Made by a program: the position numbers and the translations under genes. Below are positions 20,171 through 32,600 of a stretch of DNA of 64,000 nucleotides, in pieces. Position 1 is the stretch's first letter, and each line of letters starts with the position of its first letter. Below the pieces are notes generated by a model. That model did no database searches. It had not been told where the DNA came from and saw only the letters and a program-made list of their open reading frames with translations. This stretch comes from Candidatus Altimarinota bacterium (lineage in GTDB: Bacteria; Patescibacteriota; Gracilibacteria; CAIRYL01): positions 256,001 through 320,000 of the forward strand of contig OZ252287.1 in assembly GCA_965250085.1 (NCBI GenBank), in the 5' to 3' direction.

Positions 20171-20767
20171 ATGCTCATGAACAAAAGAAGCATCATCATC
20201 AGCTTTGCAATTGTCACTTTTATTTTTTCCGCTTGCTCATGGCAGACAAAAGAAAAAAAAGAGGTATCTCGTTCATCAGAGAGCTTACTTATTCAAAAAG
20301 TAGAAACAGAACAAACTTTGGAAAAAAATGTGTTTCTGAGTATGAATGTCATGGAAAAAAATGAGAACACGGTCAAAGTGCAGCTTTTCCTAGAAAACCC
20401 ATCAAAGAGAAAACTGGAAAGTGTTCGCTCTTGGATCAGTTTTCCTTCGGACATCTTAGAAGGAACCAAAATTGAATTTCCCACAAATGCTCCCTATACA
20501 CTCACGGCTCCTGGAGAAGAACAGTTTGATAATAAGGATGGACTCGCAAAGATTGGAGTGTCTTTTGATTCAGATTTTGTGCCAGAAGGTATTGTGCCTC
20601 TCGCAACGCTTCATTTTGACAAATTGCAAAATGAATCTGCTGCTCTGAGTTTCTTTGATGCTCGAGATGAAGGACATACTCAGGCACTTATGTTTCACAA
20701 GAGAGGTCTGAGAAATGTATTGGATGAGGGCAAGTTAGAGGTATTGATGGTAGAGACAGAGAAATAA
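20171..20767 (+). CDS. Lipoprotein with a cohesin-like domain
   Basis: Lipobox FSAC; VKVQLFLEN..LESVRSWISFP..LATLHF..LSF. Confidence 0.65.
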   Translation: MLMNKRSIIISFAIVTFIFSACSWQTKEKKEVSRSSESLLIQKVETEQTLEKNVFLSMNVMEKNENTVKVQLFLENPSKRKLESVRSWISFPSDILEGTKIEFPTNAPYTLTAPGEEQFDNKDGLAKIGVSFDSDFVPEGIVPLATLHFDKLQNESAALSFFDARDEGHTQALMFHKRGLRNVLDEGKLEVLMVETEK

Positions 20768-20777
20768 AAACCAATTC

Positions 20778-20872
20778 CGTCATTCTGATTCCGCCGAAGG
20801 TGGATGAAGAATCTCAGAGCAAGCGGCATAAGAGGTCCTGAGTTTTTTTCGTCTGTGGCGAATCAGTATCCC
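20778..20872. repeat. Degenerate inverted pair of GTCAT-type REP-like palindromes
   Basis: cgtcattctgattccgccgaaggtggatgaagaatctc followed by a decayed inverse copy (gcgaatcagtat). Confidence 0.5.
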
Positions 20873-20962
20873 CGAAAGAAAATTGGGGAAGAATATGGAT
20901 AACTCCAATTGTTTTGAGGCTTAAAAAGTGGTACAATGGAGCTAACTTTTCCTTCAATACAA

Positions 20963-23392
20963 ATGCTTAAAAAAATCATGAAACTCCTCGGTACAAAGCG
21001 CAAAAAAGCTTTTGTACTCTGGTTCAAAGAATTGGGAATTAAAGATGTTCCTTTGGTGGGAGGAAAAAATGCTTCCCTTGGTGAAATGTATCAGCGCTTG
21101 ACCGAAAAGGGGGTCAAAATCCCAAATGGATTTGCCATTACTGCATATTCATATCACTACATACTCGAAGAGGCAGAAGTAAAAGATAATTTGAAAGAGA
21201 TCTTAAAAGGACTCGATCCTAAAAATATTCGGCAGCTCCAAAAAGCAGGAAAAGCAGCCCGAAGGCTTATTCGTGAAACTGCATTTCCAGAGGACCTGAC
21301 CGAGGAAATTCTTGCTTCATACAAAGAAATGGAAAAGATGTATGGCAAGAACTGTGATGTTGCCGTGCGTTCATCCGCTACAGCAGAGGATCTTCCAGAT
21401 GCATCATTTGCCGGACAGCAAGAAACCTATCTCAATATTCGAGGAAATAATAATTTATTGAAATCATGTCATGATTGCTTCGCTTCCCTTTTTACCGATC
21501 GCGCTATTGCTTATCGAGAAGAAAAAGGATTCGATCACTTTAGCATCGGACTTTCTATTACTGTTCAAAAAATGGTGAGATCTGATATTGGTACTTCTGG
21601 TGTCATGTTTAGTATCGATACCGAGACAGGATTCCAAAATGCTGTATTTATCACTGCTGCCTATGGTCTTGGTGAAAATGTAGTGCAAGGAGCGGTAAAC
21701 CCTGATGAGTTTTATGTGTTTAAACCTACACTCGATCAAAAAGGATGCGTGCCAATTCTTAGTCGAAAAATTGGAGAAAAACAAATTAAAATGATCTATC
21801 AAAAATCAAAAAAAGGAGGTTCTCCTGTAAAGAACATACCTGTTCCAAAAAATCAAAGAGAGATGTTTTGCATTTCTGATACAGATGTCATTGTCCTCGC
21901 AAAATGGGCCAAGATTATTGAAGATCACTATTCGAAAGAAGCAAAATATTTCAAACCTATGGATATGGAATGGGCAAAAGATGGAAAAACAGGTGAGCTC
22001 TTTATTGTACAAGCACGTCCAGAGACGGTGCATTCTCAAAAAGACGGCTCAGTTTTGGAGGAGTACAAGCTACAAGAAAAAGGAAAGATTTTGGCAACAG
22101 GAGCGCCTGTTGGTGCAAAAGTAGCCAGCGGAAAGGCCAGTGTGATCTTGCGCCCCAGTCAAATTCTTAAGTTTAAAAAAGGAGATGTGCTCATTACTGA
22201 TATGACTGACCCCGACTGGGTGCCAATTATGAAAATTGCCTCTGCCATTGTCACTAATCGCGGAGGGCGCACTTGTCATGCTGCCATCGTCTCCCGTGAA
22301 TTGGGGATTCCGTGTGTCGTGGGGACCAATAATGCGACCAAGGTGATAAAAAATGGAAAGTCGGTAACTGTTGCATGTGAAGGCAATGGAGGACATGTGT
22401 ACGAGGGGCTTCTCAAATATAACGTTAAAAGAACAAGTCTCAAAAATCTTCAAAAGCCAAAAACAAAAATTATGATGAATATTGGAAATCCTGAAATTGC
22501 TTTTGAAAGTTCGTTTCTCCCAAATGATGGAGTGGGACTCGCGAGACTGGAATTTATTATCAATTCTCATATTCAAATTCACCCTCTGGCACTTCTAAAC
22601 TATAAAAAACTGACCAACAAAAAACTCAAAGCGCAGATCGAAAAACTCACTCATGGATACAAAGATAAAACAGAATTTTTTATCGATCGCCTAGCGGAAG
22701 GAGTAGCAACCATTGCTGCGGCCTTTTACCCCAACGACGTTATCGTTCGCATGAGTGATTTTAAGAGTAATGAATACGCAAATCTGATTGGAGGAGAACT
22801 GTACGAACCTGAAGAAGAAAACCCTATGCTCGGGTGGAGAGGTGCCAGTAGATATTATGATCCAAAATATTCTGATGCTTTTGCTTTGGAGTGCAAAGCG
22901 TTAAAAAAAGTGCGAAACAAAATGGGACTTACAAACGTAAAAGTGATGATTCCTTTCTGTCGCACAGTTGAAGAAGGCAAAAAAGTAATGACTCAGCTGA
23001 GAAAAAACGGTCTTAAACAAGGGGATAACAATCTTGAAATATACGTAATGTGTGAGATTCCTAGTAATGTGATTTTGGCTGATCAGTTTGCAGAAATTTT
23101 TGATGGATTTTCCATTGGATCAAACGACCTCACTCAGCTGGCTTTGGGAGTCGACCGTGATTCATCCTTAGTAAGCCATGTCTACAACGAGCGAAATGAT
23201 GCGGTTAAAGCCCTGATTCGCCAAGTGATCAAAGTGGCAAAACGAAAGAAAAAGAAAATCGGGATTTGTGGTCAAGCGCCAAGTGATTATCCAGAATTTG
23301 CCCGATTCCTTGCTGACGCTGGTATAGATAGTATGTCACTCAATCCTGACACTATCGTCAAAACAATTATTGATCTGACAAAAAAGAAATAG
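20963..23392 (+). CDS. ppsA: Phosphoenolpyruvate synthase
   Basis: VGGKNASLGEM, AVRSSATAEDLPDASFAGQQETYLN, GGRTCHAAIVSRELG, GFSIGSNDLTQ. Confidence 0.97.
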   Translation: MLKKIMKLLGTKRKKAFVLWFKELGIKDVPLVGGKNASLGEMYQRLTEKGVKIPNGFAITAYSYHYILEEAEVKDNLKEILKGLDPKNIRQLQKAGKAARRLIRETAFPEDLTEEILASYKEMEKMYGKNCDVAVRSSATAEDLPDASFAGQQETYLNIRGNNNLLKSCHDCFASLFTDRAIAYREEKGFDHFSIGLSITVQKMVRSDIGTSGVMFSIDTETGFQNAVFITAAYGLGENVVQGAVNPDEFYVFKPTLDQKGCVPILSRKIGEKQIKMIYQKSKKGGSPVKNIPVPKNQREMFCISDTDVIVLAKWAKIIEDHYSKEAKYFKPMDMEWAKDGKTGELFIVQARPETVHSQKDGSVLEEYKLQEKGKILATGAPVGAKVASGKASVILRPSQILKFKKGDVLITDMTDPDWVPIMKIASAIVTNRGGRTCHAAIVSRELGIPCVVGTNNATKVIKNGKSVTVACEGNGGHVYEGLLKYNVKRTSLKNLQKPKTKIMMNIGNPEIAFESSFLPNDGVGLARLEFIINSHIQIHPLALLNYKKLTNKKLKAQIEKLTHGYKDKTEFFIDRLAEGVATIAAAFYPNDVIVRMSDFKSNEYANLIGGELYEPEEENPMLGWRGASRYYDPKYSDAFALECKALKKVRNKMGLTNVKVMIPFCRTVEEGKKVMTQLRKNGLKQGDNNLEIYVMCEIPSNVILADQFAEIFDGFSIGSNDLTQLALGVDRDSSLVSHVYNERNDAVKALIRQVIKVAKRKKKKIGICGQAPSDYPEFARFLADAGIDSMSLNPDTIVKTIIDLTKKK

Positions 23393-23643
23393 TGACACAT
23401 GTGCAAAACGTAGTGCATTTTCCTTGTCGCTGTACACATTGCTGTTTCACGATCTGTGGCAGTCATGTATCTGGCAAGTGACGTGTAGTTACTTCGAGGG
23501 AGATGGCTCTCTTATCTGCAGAGTCAGTGGGCAGTTATTTCGCTTATCCTTGCTTTTTTTTCCTGTTTTTGATACAATTACCGGATGGCATAATATTCTC
23601 ATAATGATTGCAGGATGCTTTCTCACTAATTCGTTCAGAAAAT

Positions 23644-26600
23644 ATGAATATCAAAAACAAATACTCTCGCTTATTTTCCCGGACAATTGCTTTGATAGCA
23701 GCATTTTCTATAATACAGGGAGAGATTGTGGCGATTCCCCTGGCGTATGCTCAGGAGGAACAGATAATAGAGGAACAGGAAACTAGAGAAGAACTGCAGG
23801 ATACTCAGGATTTTGAGGAGGAAGAGGAGGAAGATGAAGAAGTATCAGAGGATGAGACTACAGAGGGTTCTGAAGAAACTAGTGTAGAAGAAAAAGAGGG
23901 TGAAAATGAAGATACAGTTGAAGAAGGAGAAATAGAAATAGAAGAGGAGGCAGAAGTTGGCGGTGAGGAGGAAGATCAGAGTGAACAGGGAAATGAATCA
24001 GAATCAGAAAATAAAGAAGTGTCAGAAGAAAATACTGAGGACACAGTGAACGACGAGGAAGATGAGAGTGAAAAAAAGGAGAATGGAGATGATGAAATTT
24101 TAGAGGATAAGACTATAGGAGATTCTGAAGAGGAAGAGGTTGGCGATGAAAAGGACGGTGAGGATGAGAGTGAGAAAAATGATCAGAGTGCAAATGATGA
24201 AGATGAGAGTGAGGAGAATGGTGAGGAAGAGGAAGAAGAGACAGATGCTGTGTCGGAAGGAAATGATCAGAGTGCAAATGATGAAGATGAGAGTGAAGAG
24301 AATGGTGAGGAAGAGGATGGAGATGATAAAGTGTCAGAAAAAACCAGTGAAGAGGAAGTCGAATCAGATGAAGAGACACAAGAAGACTTTCTTGGTATAG
24401 AAGGACTTTCCGGAGAATTGAGAATATTAGATGAGAATAAGTTTGCTTTTGTACTGACCGAGCGGGATGTACCTGAACATCGTGAAGGACAAGCGATCAA
24501 TCAAACTGAAGTGCTTGAAACCTTGACCAAGGCACTCACCACCAGTGAGGAAGTGCTGGCTGAAAAAGAAGCTGATGAGGATAAAAATTTTATTACCAAA
24601 ACCTTCACCTCTGATGTATCTGATCTCTCAGAAGTAGTTACCGATGATCCAGAAGAAATTATCGAAGAAGTGGTGGCTGAGATCGTAGAAGAAAATCAAG
24701 AATTTACCAATTTCTTTAGTGTGCAGATCACGCCAAAAGCTGGCGGGGAGACTATCACTCTTGACCCAGCAGAAGAGTATTCTTTTGTCTCTGGTTCGGT
24801 GGTGTTGGTGCTCGAGCCCAATCTAGTGCTGGACCCAGGCACCTACATCATCACGGTGGAGGTGGTGAACCCGATTACTGGAGAAACCGAAATCATTACC
24901 CAAGATCTCAATTGGGGTGTCTTGGCGATGAATACTAATCAAGATACGTACTTGGCGAACGACACTGCTACTATTGATTTTGGGATGATAGATGAGACGG
25001 GGGCTGTTGTGTGTGATGGAGCATTGGATCTGGATATAACTAAGCCAGATGGAAGCACCACTACACTTTCTACCGCTAGCGGCGATATCGTCGTGTCGGA
25101 AACTTGCGGAGAATTGACGAATGATATTCCGGCGGACTACACGACCACCTACGCTTTCACCCAAGAAGGCACCTACACTCTCGCTCTCGACGCAGTAAAT
25201 GCAAATGGTGCGTATTCCGATGTTACTTTTGGCAGGCTGGAAAAAACGGTTGTGGTGGGGGCAGCCTCTTTTGATGCGGTGATTTCAAGAAATATGAACA
25301 CCCGTCTTTTCCCAGGCAAAGATGCTGATGTGTCTATTACCCTTGATTTTTCCACCGATTTTGCTGGTGGGATCTATGATGTGGCACCGCTGGAGTTTGA
25401 GTTAAAAAATATTGGGCAGGGTGGAGTAGAAGACATTTCAGAATCGGGTGAACACAAAGTGATCGTCTGGAATGTAACGGCGAGTGCCGGAGAAAGCATT
25501 ACCCTGAGCTACACCTACAACGCACCAGATGTGTCTCCGTACTTTTACACCGTGGGTCCACTGCAGAGTGCTGATGGGAGTATCGTGGAAGCGCAGGTGT
25601 GGCAGATTGCCAATGACGCGCTACCAGCTCCGGGAGCGGTGGACACTAATCTTGAACTATGGCTTAAGGCAGATGCGGGAGTAGAAGAAGCTGCCAGTGA
25701 CCCAGCAGAAGATGCCGATGCGGTACTTAACTGGTTAGACCAATCAGGAAACAACAATGATGTTACGCAAGCTACCACAGCAAATAAACCTGCGTATGCT
25801 GCTTCTACTATTAATTTCAACCCGGGCGTGGATTTTGATGGAGTAAACGATATCCTGAAAGGGAGCAGTGCCCTCTTGGCAAACACGCCCGGTTTTGATG
25901 TGTACATGGTTACGCAAACAGACGCTACTCAAACTCAAAACTATGGAAGAGCCTTCTACGCAGGGGGGACAGTAAGTAATGGCCGTATTAATCTTATCCT
26001 TGGAGTCAATAATGCCAACCCTCGAATTATGAGAACTCTGGGACATCAAGGGGCAACAAATATCATTAATGTTGAAAATGTAAGCGCTGTTGGCATCCCA
26101 ACACTCTATGAAGGACGTCTCGATGATGCCAACAACGATCGCCTTTTGATAGTCAATGGAACAGAACATGATAATGATGCCTTTACCACTAATACGAACA
26201 ATGGCACAGATAACTTTATGTCTCTCGGAGCTGAAATAGGAGAACCGACCTTTAGTTATGAAGGAATGATTACCGAGATAATCGTATACAACCAGGACAA
26301 CGCCACTGCCGCAGATCGACAAAAGATCCAATCCTACCTCGCCCTTAAATACGGTATTACCCTAGACCAAGGTACGGCCCAAGACTATCTCGCTAGTGAT
26401 GGCACGGACAAAATCTGGGATAAAGACGCCACAGGAGCCAGCACTTATGACAATGACATAGTGGGAGTAGGTCGTGATGATGATAGTGCCTTGGGGCAGG
26501 TCCAATCAAAATCTGTCAACGACGATGCCATCGTCGAGGTCTTGGCAGAAAGCGAAGGTACCAACGCGGCCAACAGCTTTGTCGATATTGCAGATTTAGA

Positions 26601-29600
26601 ATTTCTCACTTTTGGAAATGATGATGGTGCTGCTACATGGACTGCTACTGGCGCACCCACTGACTATGAGATCCTCACGCGACAGTGGAGTGTCCAAGAA
26701 ACAGGCGATGTCGGTACCGTGCAGCTCGATATAGATGTGGCTGATGCTGACTTTGACCTTCCGAGTGTTCTTGATGATTACTATTTTATTTACGACGCTG
26801 ACAATGATGGCGACCTCTCTGATGAAACCCCTGTCGTTATGACCGACCAAGGTGGCAACATCTGGCGGATTACAGGCATTAACTTTGATAGTGGAGAGGA
26901 GTTTACCCTGGCTCGGGCAGAGCCTCTTTCTCCAGGAGGGGTTGCTTCCAACTTACAACTTTGGTTCAAGGCCGATGCAGGAGTAACGGGCACTACAGCC
27001 GTAACCGCCTGGACAGACCAAAGTGGTGCAGGATACGACGCCACGGCTACCCAAGGTCCCGAACTTTCCACCAACAGCATCAACTTTAATCCTGCATTGG
27101 ATTTTGTAAGTGCAGGCAGTGAATATTTACAAATTATCAACGGAATTTTAGGCACATCTACCCACAATGATGCTTGGGTATATACCGTTTCCAAAACAGA
27201 TCTGGATCAGCAGCAAAACATTTTCTTTGAGAATGTTTCCGGAACAAGTGAATATTTTAATCTTATAACGCCTTGGAACAATGAACAGACCTATTTCGAT
27301 TTTGGCAATATTACAGTGGCAGGAAGGATTCAGGTACTCTGGGGGAGTAATTATGGAGATTATAATATGTGGACTTATGGAACTTCTGACGGAACCGCAA
27401 CCCCTAACAGTACCCGTAAGGTCATTCAACGCGATGGAGCCGTTATTGCCTCCAACAACAACAATGATAACGCTACCGGAAATAATTCCAACTTCAACAT
27501 AGGAGGAGGCTATTCAGATGGTGTGGGCACAACCAACAGTTTTGACGGAAAGATAGCTGAAATGATCGTTTATTTAGGTGTGCCTTCTGCATTAGAGCAA
27601 GAGAAAGTGCAAAGTTATTTGGGCGTTAAATACGGTATCACCAAAAATAGTGCCGACAACGGTGGTACTGGCGGAGAAGATGAACGAGATTACTTTGCCA
27701 GCGATGGCACCGTAATCTGGGATTACTCTGCTAACTCCACCTACCACAATGATGTAACCGGTGTCGGTAGAGATGATGACAGCGGTCTCGGTCAAGTCGA
27801 GTCTCGCTCAATCAACGCTGATTCCATCATCCACATTACCGCTGATGGAGAAGGTACCAACGCCGCCAACAGCTTTGTCGATATTGCAGATTTAGAATTT
27901 CTCACTTTTGGAAATGATGATGGTTCAACATCCGTAGCCTCTTCGGAAGTTCCTTCGGGCATCGATGAGCGTCTCGCTCGCGAATGGCTCGCACAGGAAA
28001 CAGGAGATGTCGGGAACATCACCATAGCCTTTGATCTTGATGATCAAACAGCGCTTACAAATACTGGAACCGCTTCGGATTATAGGCTTCTCGTAGATGC
28101 AGACGGCGACTTCTCCAACGCTACTATTTCATCAGCCACCGTAGCGTTTGTGGGGAATGAAATTACTTTTTCTGGAGTTTCTGAGCTGGATGATGGTGAG
28201 TATTTTACCGTCAGCATGGTGAACTCCGCCCCCACCGACCTTCAAATTGACGGTGGAAACACCGATAGTATTGATGAAAACACTTCCTCTGGAACAACCG
28301 TTGGAACCCTAACAACAACTGACGCTGATGGAGGAGACACTCACACATACACCTTTGTTGCTGGTACGGGAGATGAAGACAATGCCAAGTTCACTATCGG
28401 AGGTGCAGGGTCTGACGAAGTGAAGCTTGCCTTCTTGCCTGACTTTGAAACGCCCGTCGACGCCAACACCGACAACACCTACAACCTGCGGATTGAAACT
28501 AGTGACGGAGCCCAAACTTACGCCGAAGCCATCACGATCACAATCAACGACCTTAACGTCGCTCCAACCAACATTGATATTGATGGTGGCAATACTGACT
28601 CACAGTCAGAAGGAACAGCTGCAAACACTGTGATCTCTGCAATCACCTCAACTGATGATGGCGAAGACAATACGGAAAGCTACACATACTCGCTCACTTG
28701 TACCGTAGCTGGAGTTGATGACGCCCACTTTAATATCTTAGGTACTGATCTTCGCAACACAACAGTCTTTGACTTCCTGGTACCAGTTGATGACAATACC
28801 GACAATGACTACGAGATTTGTCTACGAGTTACGGAAACCAATGGAGGTCTCACCTATGATGAAAACTTCACCATCACCGTGACTGACACAAACTCTGCTC
28901 CAACTGATATCCAAATTGATGGAGGGAACACCGACAGTATTGATGAAAACACTTCCTCTGGAACAACAGTTGGAACCTTAACAACAACTGACGCTGATGG
29001 AGGAGATACTCACACATACACTTTTGTTGCTGGTACGGGAGATGAAGACAATGCACTCTTCACTATCGGAGGTGCAGGGTCTGACGAAGTGAAGCTTGCC
29101 TTCGTGCCTGACTTTGAAACTCCAGTGGATGACAATACCGACAATACATACAACCTGCGTATTCAAACGGATGATGGTAATGGTGGCACTTATGTAGAAG
29201 CTATTACTGTGACAGTTAATGACCTTAACACTGCTCCAACCAACATTGATATTGATGGTGGCAATACTGACTCACAGTCAGAAGGAACAGCTGCAAACAC
29301 TGTGATCTCTGCTATTACTTCAACTGATGATGGCGAAGACAATACGGAAAGCTACACATACTCGCTCACTTGTACCGTAGCTGGAGTTGATGACGCCCAC
29401 TTTAATATCTTAGGTACTGATCTTCGCAACACAACAGTCTTTGACTTCCTTATCCCCGTTGATGACAATACCGACAATGACTACGAGATTTGTCTACGAG
29501 TTACGGAAACCAATGGAGGTCTCACCTATGATGAAAACTTCACCATCACCGTGACTGACACAAACTCTGCTCCAACTGATATCCAAATTGATGGAGGGAA

Positions 29601-32600
29601 CACCGACAGTATTGATGAAAACACTTCCTCTGGAACAACAGTTGGAACCTTAACAACAACTGACGCTGATGGAGGAGATACTCACACATACACTTTTGTT
29701 GCTGGTACGGGAGATGAAGACAATGCCAAGTTCACTATCGGAGGTGCAGGGTCTGACGAAGTGAAGCTTGCCTTCGTGCCTGACTTTGAAACTCCAGTGG
29801 ATGACAATACCGACAATACATACAACCTGCGTATTCAAACGGATGATGGTAATGGTGGCACTTATGTAGAAGCTATTACTGTGACAGTTAATGACCTTAA
29901 CACTGCTCCAACCAACATTGATATTGATGGTGGCAATACTGACTCACAGTCAGAAGGAACAGCTGCAAACACTGTGATCTCTGCTATTACTTCAACTGAT
30001 GATGGCGAAGACAATACGGAAAGCTACACATACTCGCTCACTTGTACCGTAGCTGGAGTTGATGACGCCCACTTTAATATCTTAGGTACTGATCTTCGCA
30101 ACACAACAGTCTTTGACTTCCTTATCCCCGTTGATGACAATACCGACAATGACTACGAGATTTGTCTACGAGTTACGGAAACCAATGGAGGTCTCACCTA
30201 TGATGAAAACTTCACCATCACCGTGACTGACACAAACTCTGCTCCAACTGATATCCAAATTGATGGAGGGAACACCGACAGTATTGATGAAAACACTTCC
30301 TCTGGAACAACAGTTGGAACCTTAACAACAACTGACGCTGATGGAGGAGATACTCACACATACACTTTTGTTGCTGGTACGGGAGATGAAGACAATGCCA
30401 AGTTCACTATCGGAGGTGCAGGGTCTGACGAAGTGAAGCTTGCCTTCGTGCCTGACTTTGAAACTCCAGTGGATGACAATACCGACAATACATACAACCT
30501 GCGTATTCAAACGGATGATGGTAATGGTGGCACTTATGTAGAAGCTATTACTGTGACAGTTAATGACCTTAACACTGCTCCAACCAACATTGATATTGAT
30601 GGTGGCAATACTGACTCACAGTCAGAAGGAACAGCTGCAAACACTGTGATCTCTGCTATTACTTCAACTGATGATGGCGAAGACAATACGGAAAGCTACA
30701 CATACTCGCTCACTTGTACCGTAGCTGGAGTTGATGACGCCCACTTTAATATCTTAGGTACTGATCTTCGCAACACAACAGTCTTTGACTTCCTTATCCC
30801 CGTTGATGACAATACCGACAATGACTACGAGATTTGTCTACGAGTTACGGAAACCAATGGAGGTCTCACCTATGATGAAAACTTCACCATCACCGTGACT
30901 GACACAAACTCTGCTCCAACTGATATCCAAATTGATGGAGGGAACACCGACAGTATTGATGAAAACACTTCCTCTGGAACAACAGTTGGAACCTTAACAA
31001 CAACTGACGCTGATGGAGGAGATACTCACACATACACTTTTGTTGCTGGTACGGGAGATGAAGACAATGCCAAGTTCACTATCGGAGGTGCAGGGTCTGA
31101 CGAAGTGAAGCTTGCCTTCGTGCCTGACTTTGAAACTCCAGTGGATGACAATACCGACAATACATACAACCTGCGTATTCAAACGGATGATGGTAATGGT
31201 GGCACTTATGTAGAAGCTATTACTGTGACAGTTAATGACCTTAACACTGCTCCAACCAACATTGATATTGATGGTGGCAATACTGACTCACAGTCAGAAG
31301 GAACAGCTGCAAACACTGTGATCTCTGCAATCACCTCAACTGATGATGGCGAAGACAATACGGAAAGCTACACATACTCGCTCACTTGTACCGTAGCTGG
31401 AGTTGATGACGCCCACTTTAATATCTTAGGTACTGATCTTCGCAACACAACAGTCTTTGACTTCCTGGTACCAGTTGATGACAATACCGACAATGACTAT
31501 GAGATTTGTCTACGAGTTACGGAAACCAATGGAGGTCTCACCTATGATGAAAACTTCACCATCACCGTGACTGACACAAACTCTGCTCCAACTGATATCC
31601 AAATTGATGGAGGGAACACCGACAGTATTGATGAAAACACTTCCTCTGGAACAACAGTTGGAACCTTAACAACAACTGACGCTGATGGAGGAGATACTCA
31701 CACATACACTTTTGTTGCTGGTACGGGAGATGAAGACAATGCACTCTTCACTATCGGAGGTGCAGGGTCTGACGAAGTGAAGCTTGCCTTCGTGCCTGAC
31801 TTTGAAACTCCAGTGGATGACAATACCGACAATACATACAACCTGCGTATTCAAACGGATGATGGTAATGGTGGCACTTATGTAGAAGCTATTACTGTGA
31901 CAGTTAATGACCTTAACACTGCTCCAACCAACATTGATATTGATGGTGGCAATACTGACTCACAGTCAGAAGGAACAGCTGCAAACACTGTGATCTCTGC
32001 TATTACTTCAACTGATGATGGCGAAGACAATACGGAAAGCTACACATACTCGCTCACTTGTACCGTAGCTGGAGTTGATGACGCCCACTTTAATATCTTA
32101 GGTACTGATCTTCGCAACACAACAGTCTTTGACTTCCTTATCCCCGTTGATGACAATACCGACAATGACTACGAGATTTGTCTACGAGTTACGGAAACCA
32201 ATGGAGGTCTCACCTATGATGAAAACTTCACCATCACCGTGACTGACACAAACTCTGCTCCAACTGATATCCAAATTGATGGAGGGAACACCGACAGTAT
32301 TGATGAAAACACTTCCTCTGGAACAACAGTTGGAACCTTAACAACAACTGACGCTGATGGAGGAGATACTCACACATACACTTTTGTTGCTGGTACGGGA
32401 GATGAAGACAATGCACTCTTCACTATCGGAGGTGCAGGGTCTGACGAAGTGAAGCTTGCCTTCGTGCCTGACTTTGAAACTCCAGTGGATGACAATACCG
32501 ACAATACATACAACCTGCGTATTCAAACGGATGATGGTAATGGTGGCACTTATGTAGAAGCTATTACTGTGACAGTTAATGACCTTAACACTGCTCCAAC

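Noticed and set aside
23424-23786. 120-aa ORF or ncRNA between ppsA and the adhesin
   Set aside because: TTG start overlapping the adhesin in another frame; no convincing structure or motif identified.
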